Below are positions 11,851 through 26,516 of a stretch of 64,000 nt of DNA, piece by piece. The translations under genes and the position numbers were made by a program. The notes beneath the pieces are model-generated. The model was given only the letters and a program-made list of their open reading frames with translations. It did not search any database and had not been told where the DNA came from. The stretch lies in the NCBI RefSeq assembly GCF_006345805.1, contig NC_042998.1, forward strand, positions 12,772,001 through 12,836,000. Direction: 5' to 3'. The DNA comes from Octopus sinensis (lineage: Eukaryota). Within the stretch, counting starts at the first letter, position 1. Each line of letters opens with the position of its first letter.

Positions 11851-12050
11851 GGCACAGGTGTGGCTGCGTGGTAAATAGCTTGCTTACCAACCACATGGTT
11901 CCGGGTTCAGTCCCGCTGCGTAGCACCTTGGGCAAGTGTCTTCTAGTATAGCCTCGGTCGACCAAAGCCTTGTGAGTGGATTTGGTAGACGGAAACTGAA
12001 AGAAGCCCGTCATATACATGTATATATATATATGTATATATATATATATA

Positions 12051-12086
<36 letters not shown>

Positions 12087-12288
12087 ATTGTTGTATACTG
12101 TCAATCTAACGCGAACGTGACAGTAGGGGGTTCGCCCCACCACCGTACATATCTCTATGAGAGATTTAGAAATTTAATATTTCTGTATACACATATATAT
12201 ATAATATATATATATATATACACATATCAATATATACATATTAATATATACATACACACACACACACATACAAACACACACAGACACA

Positions 12289-12340
<52 letters not shown>

Positions 12341-12361
12341 ATATATATATTACCATATACA

Positions 12362-12407
<46 letters not shown>

Positions 12408-12636
12408 TTATATATATATATGTATGTGTGTGTATATATTTGTGTCTGTGTTTGTCACCCGAACATCGTTTGACAACCGATGCTGGTGTGTTTACGTCCG
12501 TAACTTAGCGGTTCGACAAAAGAAACTGATAGTATAAGTACTAGGCTAATAAAGAATAAGTCCTGGGCTCTATTTGCTCGACTAAACGCGGTGCTCCAGC
12601 ATGGCCACAGTCAGATGACTGAAACAAGTAAAAGAA
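11851..12636 (+). mobile_element. tRNA-derived SINE family S1 with an expanded internal microsatellite
   Basis: Head ggc(g/a)caggagtggctgtgtggtaag...gttcagtccc (A/B boxes). 3' half ...ctccagcatggcc..agtcaaatgactgaaacaagtaaaag. Confidence 0.9.
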
Positions 12637-12908
12637 TAATGACAATAGCTTAAAATTTGATAGATTAAAAGCGTGACATTATGTACTTATGCATACATGT
12701 ATACGTACATTCGTGCATACATGAATACCTACATACAAATATATATACATACATGCTTGCACACACACATGCATGCATATATACATGCAAGCATCCATGC
12801 ATAAATGCATGCATACATACATGCATATATATATGCATACATATATATATACATACAGACATGCATATATACATAATGCATACATATATACATACGAATG
12901 TACATACG

Positions 12909-12942
<34 letters not shown>

Positions 12943-13082
12943 TACATACCTACATCCATATATATATACATACATACCTGCAATCATACAGTGTCACACC
13001 GATATATTTTAATATGCTTTCATCCCGTCAACCATCCAGAAATGCAAACATACATCTTGTGTATATCTTATTCTTTCCTCTA

Positions 13083-13321
13083 TTTGTTTCAGTCATTTGA
13101 CTGCGGCAAAAACAGAGACACACTTAGATGCACACTCATATTGACACTCCCACCCCCATATATATATGTGACGAGTTTCTTTGAGTTTCTGTCTACTAAA
13201 TCCACTCACAAGGCTTTGGTTCACCGGAAGCTATAGTAGAAAACACTTGCCGAAGATTTCATGCTGTGAGACTTGATCCGGAATTGTTTGGTTGGAAAGC
13301 CAGCTTCTTTACCATACAGCC
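13083..13321 (-). mobile_element. SINE S1, diverged and internally deleted
   Basis: Head (13170-13321) and extreme 3' end (13083-13107) are recognisable. Confidence 0.75.
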
Positions 13322-14563
13322 TATAAGCTAAACAAGTTTTGAACTTCGAATGTAAATACATTTCAAGAGATACGCATTGAAAAAGAGCAGATTTCTTTAA
13401 CGAATGTTGTTTCATGGAAATGGAGAAAACCATCAACGCAAAATTTTCTGTTGCTAATAGTTCCCCCAAGGCAAGCGTAAATTTTGGCTGCTTTACATTA
13501 CTTGGTGCAGAGCATTTTTAACAGGTCATTCTCGATCATTCTTGATTAATCAAAAACGAAGTATTTTAGAGAGCTGGCTCGGAAAACTGACTAGCAAGTG
13601 CGGCATCATACCTTTGAGCAATATAGACCAGATCTTGCTAACAATAATGGTAAGAATCTACCACAAGCAATACCATTACATACATCTAAAAAAATTGACA
13701 TCGATGCATGAAATAACCGTTAATATCTGATTATTAGCAATATTGTTATTGAATATTTTTTTTGTTTTTTTTTTGCGGCTTTAAAATACGCTGAAAATTT
13801 ATCTGTAAGGATTTAATGTGAAAATATGCTTTGCGAAATTTGTGATTTCTTTCATTTTGCTGTACGTTATAGGAGATGTAAATTTGCTTCACGTAATATT
13901 CATAATAGTGTTGAATCGTGGAAACTTGTTTCTCTTATATGTGTCTTGTGTATGGTGCTACAAAGTTTGCTAATATTCTTTAAAAATATTTTCTGTAAAC
14001 GAATATTTTTATTTGTTGCAAGTTTTAATTCGGGAAATACCGAAGTGCTGTGTTTCCCTTTACAACAAAGTCCTGCCACGAATTTTAGCTTTAGGAAACC
14101 AAACTCATTCGAACCCAATATTTAACTTGTAACTTTCAAATCGTAGGCGCTACTATTCGATTAATCAGCTCAAAAAATACTTAATGAATTAGGAGTATTA
14201 TATACTAAAATATAGAATGCTAATAAATATGTACACACTCACACACACGAACACCACATACGCACAGATATATTAAACATGTCACTTTTACATTTCCCCA
14301 TTTTCTACAACCGCTCTCTGGGCCTTAATGTATGTTTATAAAAATGTCATTACATTCTAAAGGCTATTATTGAAGTTATATGAAAGACAATACCTGCTTT
14401 CAGAGTTTGTTTAGCTTAACGATACGTACGGAGTTTTCTGCCAGAATTATGAGCGTAGATAGTTCGATTCTATATAGTGACTTACTGGTCACATATTCTT
14501 CCCGTATGTAGAAGGTGATTTTATAGAAACTCATAAAAGCTATTTTCACAAATATTTTCCTTA

Positions 14564-14638
<75 letters not shown>

Positions 14639-14640
<2 letters not shown>

Positions 14641-15028
14641 CGCAGGAGTGACTGTGTGGTAAGTAGCTTGGTTACAAACCAAATGGTTCCGGGTTCAGTC
14701 CCACTGCGTGACATCTTGGGCAAGTGTCTTCTGCTATAGCCCCGGGCCGACCAATGCATTGTGAGTGGATTTGGTGAATGGAAACTGAAAGAAGCTTGTC
14801 GTATATATGTATGTTTGTGTATATGTTTGCGTGTCTGTGTTTGTCCCCCAAGCATTGCTTGACAACCGATGGTGGTGTGTTTACGTCCCCGTCACTTAGC
14901 GGTTCGGCAAAAGAGACCGATAGAATAAGTACTGGGCTTACAAAGAATAAGACCCGGGGTCGATTTGCTCGACTAAAGGCGGGGCTCCAGCATGGCCGCA
15001 GTCAAATGACTGAAACAAGTAAAAGAGT
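14639..15028 (+). mobile_element. SINE S1, full length
   Basis: Complete head, short internal TA/TG run and tail. Confidence 0.92.
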
Positions 15029-16329
15029 ATATATATGTACACACAGATATATGCAAGTGTGTATCTGTCTATCGCATTGCTCACACTTTTTTTCCACTTC
15101 TCGACAGTTTCCCCAACTTGTGTTTCATTTTATAGCCCAGCCACGGCTCTATAATACTATTGATAGTGTGGATACACGTCACTTTGAAAACTACTTAGCA
15201 GGAAATATATATGAAGGGAATTATATTTAATGTTTGTGTCATCAAACGATTCCTGTTACAGGCATACAGTGATAATGCGAATATTCGAATATAAACTTCA
15301 CATCGAAAGTTCATCCAATATAATATCGTCTGTCATATGCTATAACATTAACATACATCACCCAACGTGTATAAAAATAAATGAAAAAAGTTCAGATGAT
15401 CAAAGAAATGTGTTTATTAGCCATGTCATATTTCGCGTTAAGTTGTAAAGCGAGTATTTGAAATTGTATTAAAAAATATATTCTTTGAAATGTATTTCAA
15501 TTAAAAATTATGTGATATCTATCCGAATACATTAAGATAAGCTGTGTGATTGTCGTATTTACGAAAATAACAATGCATTGGTGTTTTTTCGTTTTCCAAA
15601 AATTAGCTGAATATGTCTATTTAATGAACATTAAATATTATGAAATGAATCGAATAGTTTACCATTTCTGCTGTCTCTAATGCATATCATATAGGGATGT
15701 TAACTGTATTGGGAAATTGTATTTAGCCAGTGTTCTTCATGTTACTTTTGTGAATTGTTGTAAGTTGAATGCTTTGACGTATATTGTAATGTGTAGTTTA
15801 GTATACAAAAAGAAAATAATAAATAAAATAAAATAAAGTCTCTATGCCAATAGAAATGGAATAGTGTGATAATAACTTAATATTTAAGACATAAAACTGA
15901 TCGTTATGGGCCAGCCGTTTATGCGAAGCAGAAGAAAAAAGTTTAAAACGTTGGATGTTTATTCGGCGAATTATTCTTAGAAAATATGTAATTTCTTCAG
16001 ATTGAACACATACTAGTAAGTTACTTATAATATATATAAACATATAGATGTGTGTGTGTGTGAGTGTGTGTGCGTGCGCGCGGGTCTGTGGGTGTGTTTA
16101 TATACACACGCATACACAAATACCTATATACTGGATGTGCCTACTGAATTTGACGTTATTCTATGTCCCGTTTTGAAAGAAGCAGCTTGACATATTGATG
16201 AACAGTGAACTGCATTAGAGGGCATAATAATTAAAGTTGCAGTTGAGACAAAATTAGGTGGAATTCATCCGATTAGTGGAAAAAGAAAATATCTGTATCA
16301 TGATCTTTCACGTAGGGTGTCAAAATGCC

Positions 16330-16825
16330 AACCTCATGAGTGATCCTCAATGTTGTGGGAACACAGCAAAGGATTAAGGACAGGATATGAAGTTCTGCAA
16401 TGGAGACTATGATGCTGTGACCAGCAAGGAGGTAGGCAGGAGTCATTTATAAATATTGTGGTCAAACTCTGATTGAAGAGGGTTGCTCCTGTCTGCATTT
16501 GACTACAGGTGTGAAAAGCCACATGTGTGACAGCAGGATTCGGCTGTTTGCCATACTTCCAGAAAATGTCAGAAGTGGTTGTCGGCAAATTTATTCGACT
16601 TTACCAGTTCCTATTTCTGGCCTCCTAATTTCGACGATTGCAATACCTTGGATAAGTATGTGTGATGCACGGTGAGAAACTCACAAATCTTGGCCGTGCT
16701 GGTGGCCAAGATTCAGGAGGCATTCGAAGATCTACTAACGTACTCGGTGAGGAACGCATGCACCAGGTTCCGGAGTAGTCTCGAGAACATGGTGGAAGTT
16801 GAGGGCAGCTACTTTGAGTAATATG
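16330..16825 (+). pseudogene. DD37D (maT-type) Tc1/mariner transposase remnant
   Basis: V*QQDSAVCHTSRKCQKWLSANLFDFTSSYFWPPNFDDCNTLDKYV*, with 37 residues between the two catalytic Asp. Confidence 0.8.
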
Positions 16826-16995
16826 TTATCTCCTACTCATAATCCGCTGAAAATGTTCCGAATATCCAAATACTTTTACATTTGTGTGGGATATTGTATT
16901 ATCTTTTCCTTTTTATAGAAACTGTCAAATTTAGGCCACGCGGAAAACTCGATTGTAGTTTCAGTTTACTATCTGTTATCGGGTGTTCTGTAGAA

Positions 16996-17175
16996 TAGGG
17001 GGGGGGTCACGAAAATAAATAAAAGACGAAGACAGGTGGTGTAGAAAACAAACAGATGTATTAGTATAACGCTCAGGAATAGAAAAAGTCTTTTACGTTT
17101 CGAGTCTATGCTCTTCCACAGAAAGGAAAACAGAAAGAAACAAGGAGAGAAAAAAATGTGTTTAGTGGCTACTTA
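16996..17175 (-). mobile_element. Short repeat family H4 with a hammerhead-like motif
   Basis: Homologous to 30779-30890 and 40151-40345. Confidence 0.75.
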
Positions 17176-17897
17176 GTAAAGCATTTTGCAGAGATTATCT
17201 TTAGCAGGTAGATTAAAGTGAACGACAATTTCGAGTGGTGTTAGTAGAAAGGTGAAACAGCTGTTTACGCAGGGAATGATACAAATCAAAAGAAAGAAGT
17301 TGTGTGTTTGTTTGATGTTGGTTGAGAGAAAGGACTGGTTTGATATAAAAATTTTGGTTAGTTTTAAAGGTATAGGCAACCTTGTAAGAAAAAAAGATGC
17401 TTCGTATTCACATGACAATTTGTGCATTCGAAGTTTTTTTTTTGCGACTGATGAAGAGTCATTGTGTATAACTATGGTTTTGGATCATCTTCGAGCTTGC
17501 AAAACACAGCTTGTAGAAAATATGTAGTAGAAAATAAGTCAGAGATGATGAAGACATTAGATATTAGATACTGGGGTGAACAAAAATGAAAGGTAAAGAA
17601 TAGAGATATACATTTGATGAATAACAACGGAATAAGAGAATACAAAGAAACTGAATATGTCTTTGGTTATATATTCGGAGAGAAATATGAAGAACTCAAG
17701 CAAAGGGAATAATATAGAAGAGTAACAGAGTAGTTGATAGGATTGAGATTGTGGGATAGTGAGACATGGGAAGCAAAGGGAATTTAAGATTCCGGAGGAA
17801 AAGGAGTAAAAAAATTAACGAGACATGAACAAAACATTTTTCATGAGTACAAATCTTATTTATACACTATGCTTGGTTTTGCAATATATTTCTGGCA

Positions 17898-17991
<94 letters not shown>

Positions 17992-19995
17992 GGATAGATA
18001 GAAAGATATAGATTTATACATCCACACACACATGCACATATAGCCACACACACAAATATATATATAAACATATTTTCTTAGAATTGTATTTATATATATA
18101 TATGTGTGTGTGTGCGTGTGTGCGTGCCTGCGCGCGTGTATGTATGCTTGTCTGTGTTTATATATATATATGTGTATATGTATATAGTACTGTTGGTATA
18201 TGTAAATGTTATACAAAGTGATGTATATCATTGAAAAACATTTGGTGCATAAAACATTAATCGGCATTTCCATTTATCTGCCAGTTATTTTACTTGAAGC
18301 CTTTGAATGTGGGAGAAACACATCCATGGCTTCAATATTTATAACATACAGATCCACATAAACTTCCTTGGTCGGTTAACACAGTGAGAGTTGTTAAAAC
18401 GCTTCAGATGTCAATTTATATTGACAATACATTATATTATTAAGTATTTAGCCTTCAGGGGAAAGTAGAAACTTTCAGAATTAAGATGTACACATTTGAA
18501 TGCCTCAGAACTCTGATTGCTACAGCTTACACACAAATAGATTAAAGTTCACACTCATATGACAATCATTATATAACTTCTGTGACTTCTCAACTCTGAA
18601 TGCAATTATCACATTGATATATAATGATTAAAGGAAATCAGATATCATCTGCTAACATTCAGTAATGGAGTCCTTCTATATGCATGGATGCATATAATAC
18701 AATTTGAAGATTAAGTATTTTTCAAACAATCGATCAGTTTGCAAATCACAAAGTTGCTTCTAATAGTTATATCAAAGTATAGGCGAAATCGTGCAAAAAC
18801 CGAGGTAAGAGGTCGTTCTTAATGCATTATTATAACTAATTTTCGGTATAATGGTGTGCAAATTATAAAATCAAATCAGTGTCTAAATTACTTAATCTGT
18901 ATGTTTCAAACTTGTTTAGTCGCGTACATATATTTATCTCGATGGAGACATTTGAATGAGCCATAAGGTTTTTCATGTCAACTATGTCTGACCTCCTCCA
19001 ATGTAAAACGTTATTTAATTAAACGAAAATGTTATTGTCTCTGTGATATTGTGAAATAAAGCATTCTATACTGAATAATATCTTTGTTTCTGCTTATTCT
19101 CCTAGGCTATATGTTTCTGCATCATACATTTATTGCTATCTCTAAATCAATGATCTTACTAGCAGTGACTAATACAATATGTTAAAATAATTTAGAGTCA
19201 CGTAGTAATAAAAAGGAGAGATACATTGCTTCTACGGCGGTTGCTTTTGTTGTATTCAAATTCTTTTAATAACGCAACCGCATGATATCAACAGGATAGA
19301 ATGACGTGCACACAACTAGTTTCACATTTAATTAAGTCTCTTGTGAGTAATTTACCAACATAAATGTTGATCAAATGCAAATGTCTATGACACCGAATGA
19401 CAACAGACGTACAATAGTTACTTTATCACTTTGAAATAAATGATGTTCATTTCTCCCGACGTGTTTTCCATATAGTTATGACGTAGCACAACAAATGGTT
19501 ATGCTTGCAGATAAAGGTGCACCGATGATACAGCATGTAGCTTGTCATATAAAAATATTCTTAGCGTGTATCAACACCACGTTGATTATGAAATAGGTAT
19601 TATGAGAACGTTTATTATACATGACACCATTTTCTGTGTACTAAGGAGGAAGCACAAAGAAAACATTAGGGCGAATCCCTTCTATGTCTACGGACAAATA
19701 AATCTTTAAAACAAAATCTGTAATCATATCAATGATTGCGTTAAGAAATACATTAAAATTGATAGAGTGATGTAGTGGAACACTTGGCATCCCACACTTT
19801 ATCAGCGTCACACAATATAATGTAGATGTACGACGCCATGTTAAACAGGCTTCAATGCTTTCTCGAGGAGAATTTCGTTGAATAGTTAAGAGCGAAAGTG
19901 TATGCATTTGACACTAAGAATGAAAGTTATCACTGGATACCTCATAACGGTGTCGAGATATTTCAGATACCGAATTTATTGTGAAATAAGAAGGC

Positions 19996-20428
19996 TTACT
20001 CTCTTTTACTCTTTTACTTGTTTCAGTCATGTGACTGTGGCCATGCTGGAGCACCGCTTTTAGTCGAGTAAATCGACCCCAGGACTTATTCTTTGTAAGT
20101 GTAGTACTTATTCTATCGGTCCCTTTTGCCGAACCGCTAGGTGGCGGGGACGCAAACACACAAGCATCGGTTGCCAAGCGACGTTGGGGGGGATACAGAC
20201 ACACAAACACACACACACATACACACACAGACACACACACACACACATATATATATATGTATATACTACCGGTTTCTTTCAGTTTCCGTCTACCAAATCC
20301 ACTCACAAGGCTTTGGTCTGCCCGAGGCTATAGTAGAAGACACTTGCGCAAGGTTCCACGCAGTGAGACTGAACCCGGAACCATGTGGTTGGTAAGCAAG
20401 CTACTTACCTCACAGCCACTCCTACGCC
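19996..20428 (-). mobile_element. SINE S1, full length
   Basis: Reverse complement of the S1 consensus with an internal (CA)/(TA) tract. Confidence 0.92.
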
Positions 20429-20627
20429 TTTTTCAATGTTTCAATTAAAATTGGAAAATCAAGAACAAGTGCATACATACATTTATTTCATTTGCGCCCC
20501 ACGTATGGAATGATTAAATGCTTTAGTAAAAAAAGGGTGAAAAATACGAAAATATGAAAATTTTACAAGCACTTAGTGTGGATTTAATGAAAATTATATT
20601 TATGGGTATCCAATTACGAAAGATAGT

Positions 20628-20933
20628 GGAGGCACATGGCCTAGTGGTTAGAGGAACGGACTCGCGGTCGAGGGATCTCGGGTTTGAATCTCAGACCGGA
20701 CGATGTGTGTGTTTATGAGCGAAACACCTAAGCTCCACGCGGCTACGGCAGAAGGTAATGGTGAAACTTCTGCTGACTCATTCGCCACAACTTTCTCTCA
20801 CTCTTTCCTCCTGCATCTTGCAGCTCACCTGCGACGGACCGGTGTCCCGTCCAAGTGGGGAACCTATACGCCAAGAAACCGGGGAAACCGGCCCTTATGA
20901 GCCAGGCATGGCTCGAGAAGGAACAAACAACAA
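20628..20933 (+). mobile_element. tRNA-derived SINE family S3
   Basis: ggaggcacatggcctagtggttag...gtttgaatc head; matches 50786-51076 in reverse. Confidence 0.85.
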
Positions 20934-21990
20934 TTATAAATGATGTTTTCACGTTTTCACAATTGATAACTGTGGATATTGCTATGTAACGAGTAAAATT
21001 AAGAAAGTAAATAGAGAAAGTAAGTTTTATTTTAAGAGTATTCTTTCTTTGCAGAACTGAGAACTGAACTATAATAACCTTTAATATAGATAAAATTCTT
21101 CATATCAGGACATTCATGTAGCTGTTAATGAATATTAGTTTACATTATCATGTATAAATAAATAAGTTATAAGGCAAAATATTTAATTTAAAATGTATTG
21201 TAACCGTTTTATGTTACCCATTCCTCTTTTGCTATTCTATTAATGACATAGTACAGCTTTGAAATTAGAAACATTGCGATTAAATGTACTTAATGAGTTT
21301 TTGACAATAAAACCTTTTAACTCTTTCCGTAAATCATTTTAAGGTAATTAACGTAAAAGCCACAGGACTAGTTTACATATTGAAAATTCAAATTATATTT
21401 ATAATATATGTTCGTTGGTGATTCTGAAGGTCGTATTAAATTCAATATTTCATTATTGTATCTCAGTAAGTGAGCTTACGAGACGAGAAACCGATGTAGA
21501 TATCGAAGAATCACTTTAAATAAATCACTTCCGTTTTAGGATACTTATTTCTTCAACACTGCAGTGGTAAATGCGGCTATAATTCTGATCTCCACACTAT
21601 ATTAAAATTACCTCAAAAGACAAAATATATTAAATGCGAACCTGTATGTCCGATCCAATATATTGAAATCGTTGTATTGACATCATTATTCTCTAAGTCA
21701 TTATCTTAACAGGCATAATATTGAAACATATCTTTATTGTTGTTCAGGGTTTCATTTGCAAATGTAAATCATTGCCCATTATTGATTTATATATATTCTA
21801 CTCAAACTATGATGGATTAATAATAATGTTTTCGTTATTCCAGGCATTACAATATTACTGGCAAATCGAAATTAGTTTTTCCAGCAAAGTAAGGAAGGTG
21901 TAATTTTTTACATATATTTCTGCTCTCACCCAGCGATGCAAGCACACATGAACACATATATAAATACAAGCTTATATTTGTGCATTTCTT

Positions 21991-22027
<37 letters not shown>

Positions 22028-22052
22028 ATCTATCTATATATCTATCTATCCA

Positions 22053-22118
<66 letters not shown>

Positions 22119-22194
22119 CATCTCTCTCTCTCTATCAATCTATCTATCCATCTCTCTCTCCCTCTATCGGGCGAAAACATTTTTAAGGATTTAA

Positions 22195-22248
<54 letters not shown>

Positions 22249-22493
22249 AGGGGGAAAATAAGAAAAATCAACGAAAATGCACATTGTAAATAAAAAAAGA
22301 AAATGTTTTTTATGAAAGGTAACGCAGATATATACATTTAGATGGAGTGAGGTAGTAATAAACGTATATATCTGTTGTTACATTTCATAAAAAGCATTTT
22401 CTTTTTTATTTACAATGTGCATTTTCGTTGATATATATCATTTTTTATTTTATATTTTGTATTTTATATTTTCTTTTGTAACATATTTCTACC

Positions 22494-22526
<33 letters not shown>

Positions 22527-23529
22527 CACATATACGCAGTCTGATAAGTTTGTATCCGCCTGTCTGCCAATCTATATATCTATCTGTATGTCTGTCTGCC
22601 TGCCTGTCTGTCTGTCTGTCTATCGATCTATCTGGCGGTCTGTTTGTCTGACTGACTGTCTGCATGTCTGTCTGTCTGTTTGTCAATCTACCTATAATTT
22701 ACACATGCAAATATAGACATCGAGAAATTGAGTATGGGAGGAAGGATTTATCAGATATGTATTCAACTGTAGACACACATTTATGTGTTTGAATTATATA
22801 TAAGCATCGAGACAGAGGCAGGAAAGACAGTAGTAGAAAACCTTATTTTCTAATTATTATCCACACAATATTCTATTCACAAAAAATACCTTACCCGACA
22901 TCATGATATATTCCTCGCAATGATAACATTCTTAGAGTTAGCGTTTACAGTCGACTTGGAAAAAAATATTCATCAGATTCTGGATGTAAGAGCTTTGCAG
23001 AAAATTAGAAGAAAATACATTTGGGTACTTGCATTAGATTCCTTCAATTCTACGTCGGAAAGAGGAAACTTTTTCAGCAAAACTTTAGAAGCAGAAAAGC
23101 ATTTTTGGAAATCTATCATTCCTCTAGGCAATGAAAACCTAGTTATTCCGTAGAGCAACCCGCTACAAGTGCCAACTATACATCCACGAAATCACAATCA
23201 ATTTATTCTGCCAATGTATAACAGATGTTCATTTTACTTTCTTCAACTTTGTATTTATTACAAATGTATAATATAAGAAGCATTCGCAATAAACCTATAA
23301 ATATTTTAGTGCTGCATCATTGAAAGCCTGTGAATTGTCGATACTGACAAAACCCGGAGGGCAGAATGCGCGTTTTAACAATGTCACTATCGCAGCTGCA
23401 CAACCTTCATCTGTTAACCATATATTTTTGTGTGTGTTTTTTTTTTTTTTTTCACACTGTACGTCTATGAAAGATACCTCAGGGCAAATACCGCAAATAA
23501 TTAGGCTTTGATATAATACACAGATTACA

Positions 23530-23830
23530 ATTATACCATTTCAAACTAATACATCTTCTGTTGCCTCCTCGTTGAAGGCCACATATTACTTGCATATAAA
23601 AGGGCAGGTAGGAAGGTGCTACTGAAGACTGGCATGCAAGGGGCTGACTAGTTTTGTTTTGAGAAAATCATTTAAGTTAAATACCTTAACTCCGGCCATT
23701 GTACTCTTTGAGATTTCAGCATCCATATCTCGGCAAATATTCACTGCTTGCCCTAACTAGGCATAATCTATTACCTTCTTGATTTCATCATTTCCCACCT
23801 CTATTCGGCTTTATACTACGTCTTCTGACC
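23530..23830 (-). pseudogene. RTE-clade LINE RT C-terminal fragment
   Basis: RIEVGNDEIKKVIDYA*LGQAVNICRDMDAEIS..., then after a frameshift VFSSTFLPALLYASNMWPST. This matches the RTE YVYLGQ...STVLPALLYGSETW pattern. Confidence 0.6.
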
Positions 23831-23989
23831 GCATTTATTTTGTTTTCATGCGGTTCATGACTCTGAGTGTACTGCATGGCTCTGAGTGTCAAGCACTGTC
23901 AGCAGCTAGTCTGAGGTTTCAGTGACGAGCACATTGTCGACTGTGTATTGGAGGTGTGTTAGTTCTCGCCATTGATGTTCACGACACTT

Positions 23990-24402
23990 ACTCTTTTAGC
24001 TGTTTCAGTCATTTGAGTGAGGCCATGCTGGAGCACCATCTTTAGTCGAGCAAATTGACCCCGGAACTTATTCTTTATACGGCTAGTACTTATTATATCG
24101 GTCTCTATTGCCGAACCGCTAAGTTACGGGGACGTAAACACACCAGCATCGGTTGTGAAGCGATGTTAGGGGATACACACGGACACAAAAAATATATACA
24201 CACGTACATATATGTATGTATATATATATATATATATATATGTACATACATATACATATATACGACAGTCTTCTTTCAGTTTCCGTCTACCAAATCCACC
24301 CACAAAGCTTTGGTCGACCCGTGGCTATAGTAGAAAACACTTGCCCAAGGTGTCACGCAGTGGGACTGAACCCGGAACCATGTGGGTAGTAAGCAAGCTA
24401 CT
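23990..24402 (-). mobile_element. SINE S1, slightly 5'-truncated
   Basis: Reverse complement of the S1 consensus. Confidence 0.9.
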
Positions 24403-24651
24403 TTATTTTATCGAATTTGCCATAAAGGGAGTACATAAAGTATGGTAGTTTGCGGGCTGGACAAGGACATTAATGAGGTGAATGATAATGATACTAGGAT
24501 GATAAGGATGGGAGAAGACAAAAAGCGCCCGCCGACTTTTGCTTTTCTAAAACATTGTTTTTGTTTTTTTTAAATACTAACTGAGGTATTAAACCTCTTA
24601 CAATATTGTTACACTTTTATGGGCAAAAATGTCCGTTACAATTAAAAACAA

Positions 24652-25060
24652 TTACATCAAAAAGTCTTTAATAACTTTTTTTGCCTCCTGCATGCATTCC
24701 AGTAGCTGCAAGTTGGAGTCCTTTACACATGATCTATACACTTCCTTTAAGAAGGAGTCCATAATGTGATAAAGGTTCCTTTCTTCCATTACCCGAACAG
24801 CCACCTGCGGAGGCCACTCTGGAAAACAAGTCGAGTCTATTAGGTCCAGACTATCAAAGGAATTTTCTATATAGTTCTCTACAGTCTCTCCCCTGAGATA
24901 GAAGATGACATGTTCTTCAACATTTCCACTTGGAGGGGCCTTTATCTTCCGCACCTCCGTTGGCTCGCGTTCCACCGAATAGGTTTCAGAACATGCCGCC
25001 GGTGCACCAGCAACCGCCGGCGATGCCTCGTTTTTCTTTCTTTTCTTTTTTTCTCCCTTT
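24652..25060 (-). CDS. Orphan ORF (at least 107 aa) immediately downstream of the 84-bp array; probably element-encoded
   Basis: Stop-free, compositionally ordinary frame (EREPTEVRKIKAPPSG...KDFLM), extending upstream into a basic KKKRKKNEAS stretch. No family recognised. Confidence 0.35.
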
Positions 25061-25109
25061 TTCGCATCGGGAGGGTGACGTTACTCCGATTTGTCCGTAG
25101 GTCACTAAT

Positions 25110-26345
25110 TTGCGTACCGAAAATTTATAAACTGTCAAAAAACTCTTTATATACTCATCAATAGCAGCAGTTATTTTATGAAGGAGTCCCAAATTTACGT
25201 ACCGAAAGTGTTTACCACTCTATAAACTGTATATATACAAACAAATACAGCAGTTATTCTATGAAGGAGTCCCCAATTTGAATACCGACATTTTTTAACA
25301 ATCTATAAACTGTTTAAATACTCAACAAATGCAGCAGTTATTCTATGCTGGAGTCCCTAATTTGCATACCGAAAATTTTTAACACTCTATAAACTGTATA
25401 AATACTCAACAAATGCAGTGTTTATTCTAGGCTGGAGTCTCTAATTTGCATACCGAAAATTTTTAACACTCTATAAACTGTATAAATACTCAACAAATGC
25501 AGTGTTTATTCTAGGCTGGAGTCTCTAATTTGCATACCGAAAATTTTTAACACTCTATAAACTGTATAAATACTCAACAAATGCAGTGTTTATTCTATGC
25601 TGGAGTCCCTAATTTGCACACCGAAAACTTTTAACCACCCTATAAACTGTTTAAATACTCAACAAATGCAGGAGTTATTCTATGCTGGAGTCCCTAATTT
25701 GCATACCGAATATTTTTAACTCTCCATCAACCGTATATATATACACAACAAATGCAGCAGTCATTCTATGCAGGTGTCCCTAATTTGCATACCCACAATT
25801 TTTAACACTCTATAAACTATATATGTACTCAACAAATGCTGCCGTTATTCTATGAGAGAATCCCTAATTTGCATACCGAAACTTTTTAACACTCTATAAA
25901 CTGCATATAAACTCAACAAATGCAGCAGTTATTCGATAAAGGAGTCCTTAATTTGCACACCAAAAATTTTTAACCCCTCTACAAACTGTTTAAATACTCA
26001 AGAAATGAAGCAGTTATTCTATGAAGGAGTCCCTAATTTGCATATCGAAAATTTTTAACACTCTATAAACTGTATATATACTCAACAAATGGAGCAGTTA
26101 TTCTACGCTGGGGTCCCTAATTTGCATACCGAACATTTTTATCCGTTCTATAAACTGTATATAAACTCAACAAATGCAGCAGTTATTCTATGCAGTAGTC
26201 CCTAATTTACTTACCGAAAATTTTTAACCGCTCTATAAACTGCATAGCAGTTATTCTATGCTGGAATCCCTGATTTGCATACCGAAAATTTTTTACCGCT
26301 CTATATACTGTTTAAATACTCTACAATTTCAGCAGTTATTCTATG
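25110..26345. repeat. 84-bp minisatellite, about 14 units
   Basis: Unit gcagcagttattctatgctggagtccctaatttgcataccgaaaatttttaacactctataaactgtataaatactcaacaaat; period 84 (25331 to 25415). Confidence 0.95.
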
Positions 26346-26516
26346 AAATCTTTATTATAGGCACGATGGCCTGAATGAAGAGGGTAACTAACAATGCAAT
26401 ACAAGACATTGGTTACATATAACAAAAATGCAGAAAGGATGATATGAAATGAAATATTAATAATGAATTAAATTAAATGGCTTACGAGCCCCGCAAAGTT
26501 CGCAGTTTCATTTACA

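Noticed and set aside
17445-17500. CTGATGA motifs here and near 11173 and 5226
   Set aside because: None has a correctly placed GAAA and helices; the one at 5226 is just codons of the RLE domain.
25110-26345. Regular array that could be mistaken for CRISPR
   Set aside because: The whole 84-bp unit repeats without unique spacers, there are no cas genes, and the context is eukaryotic.
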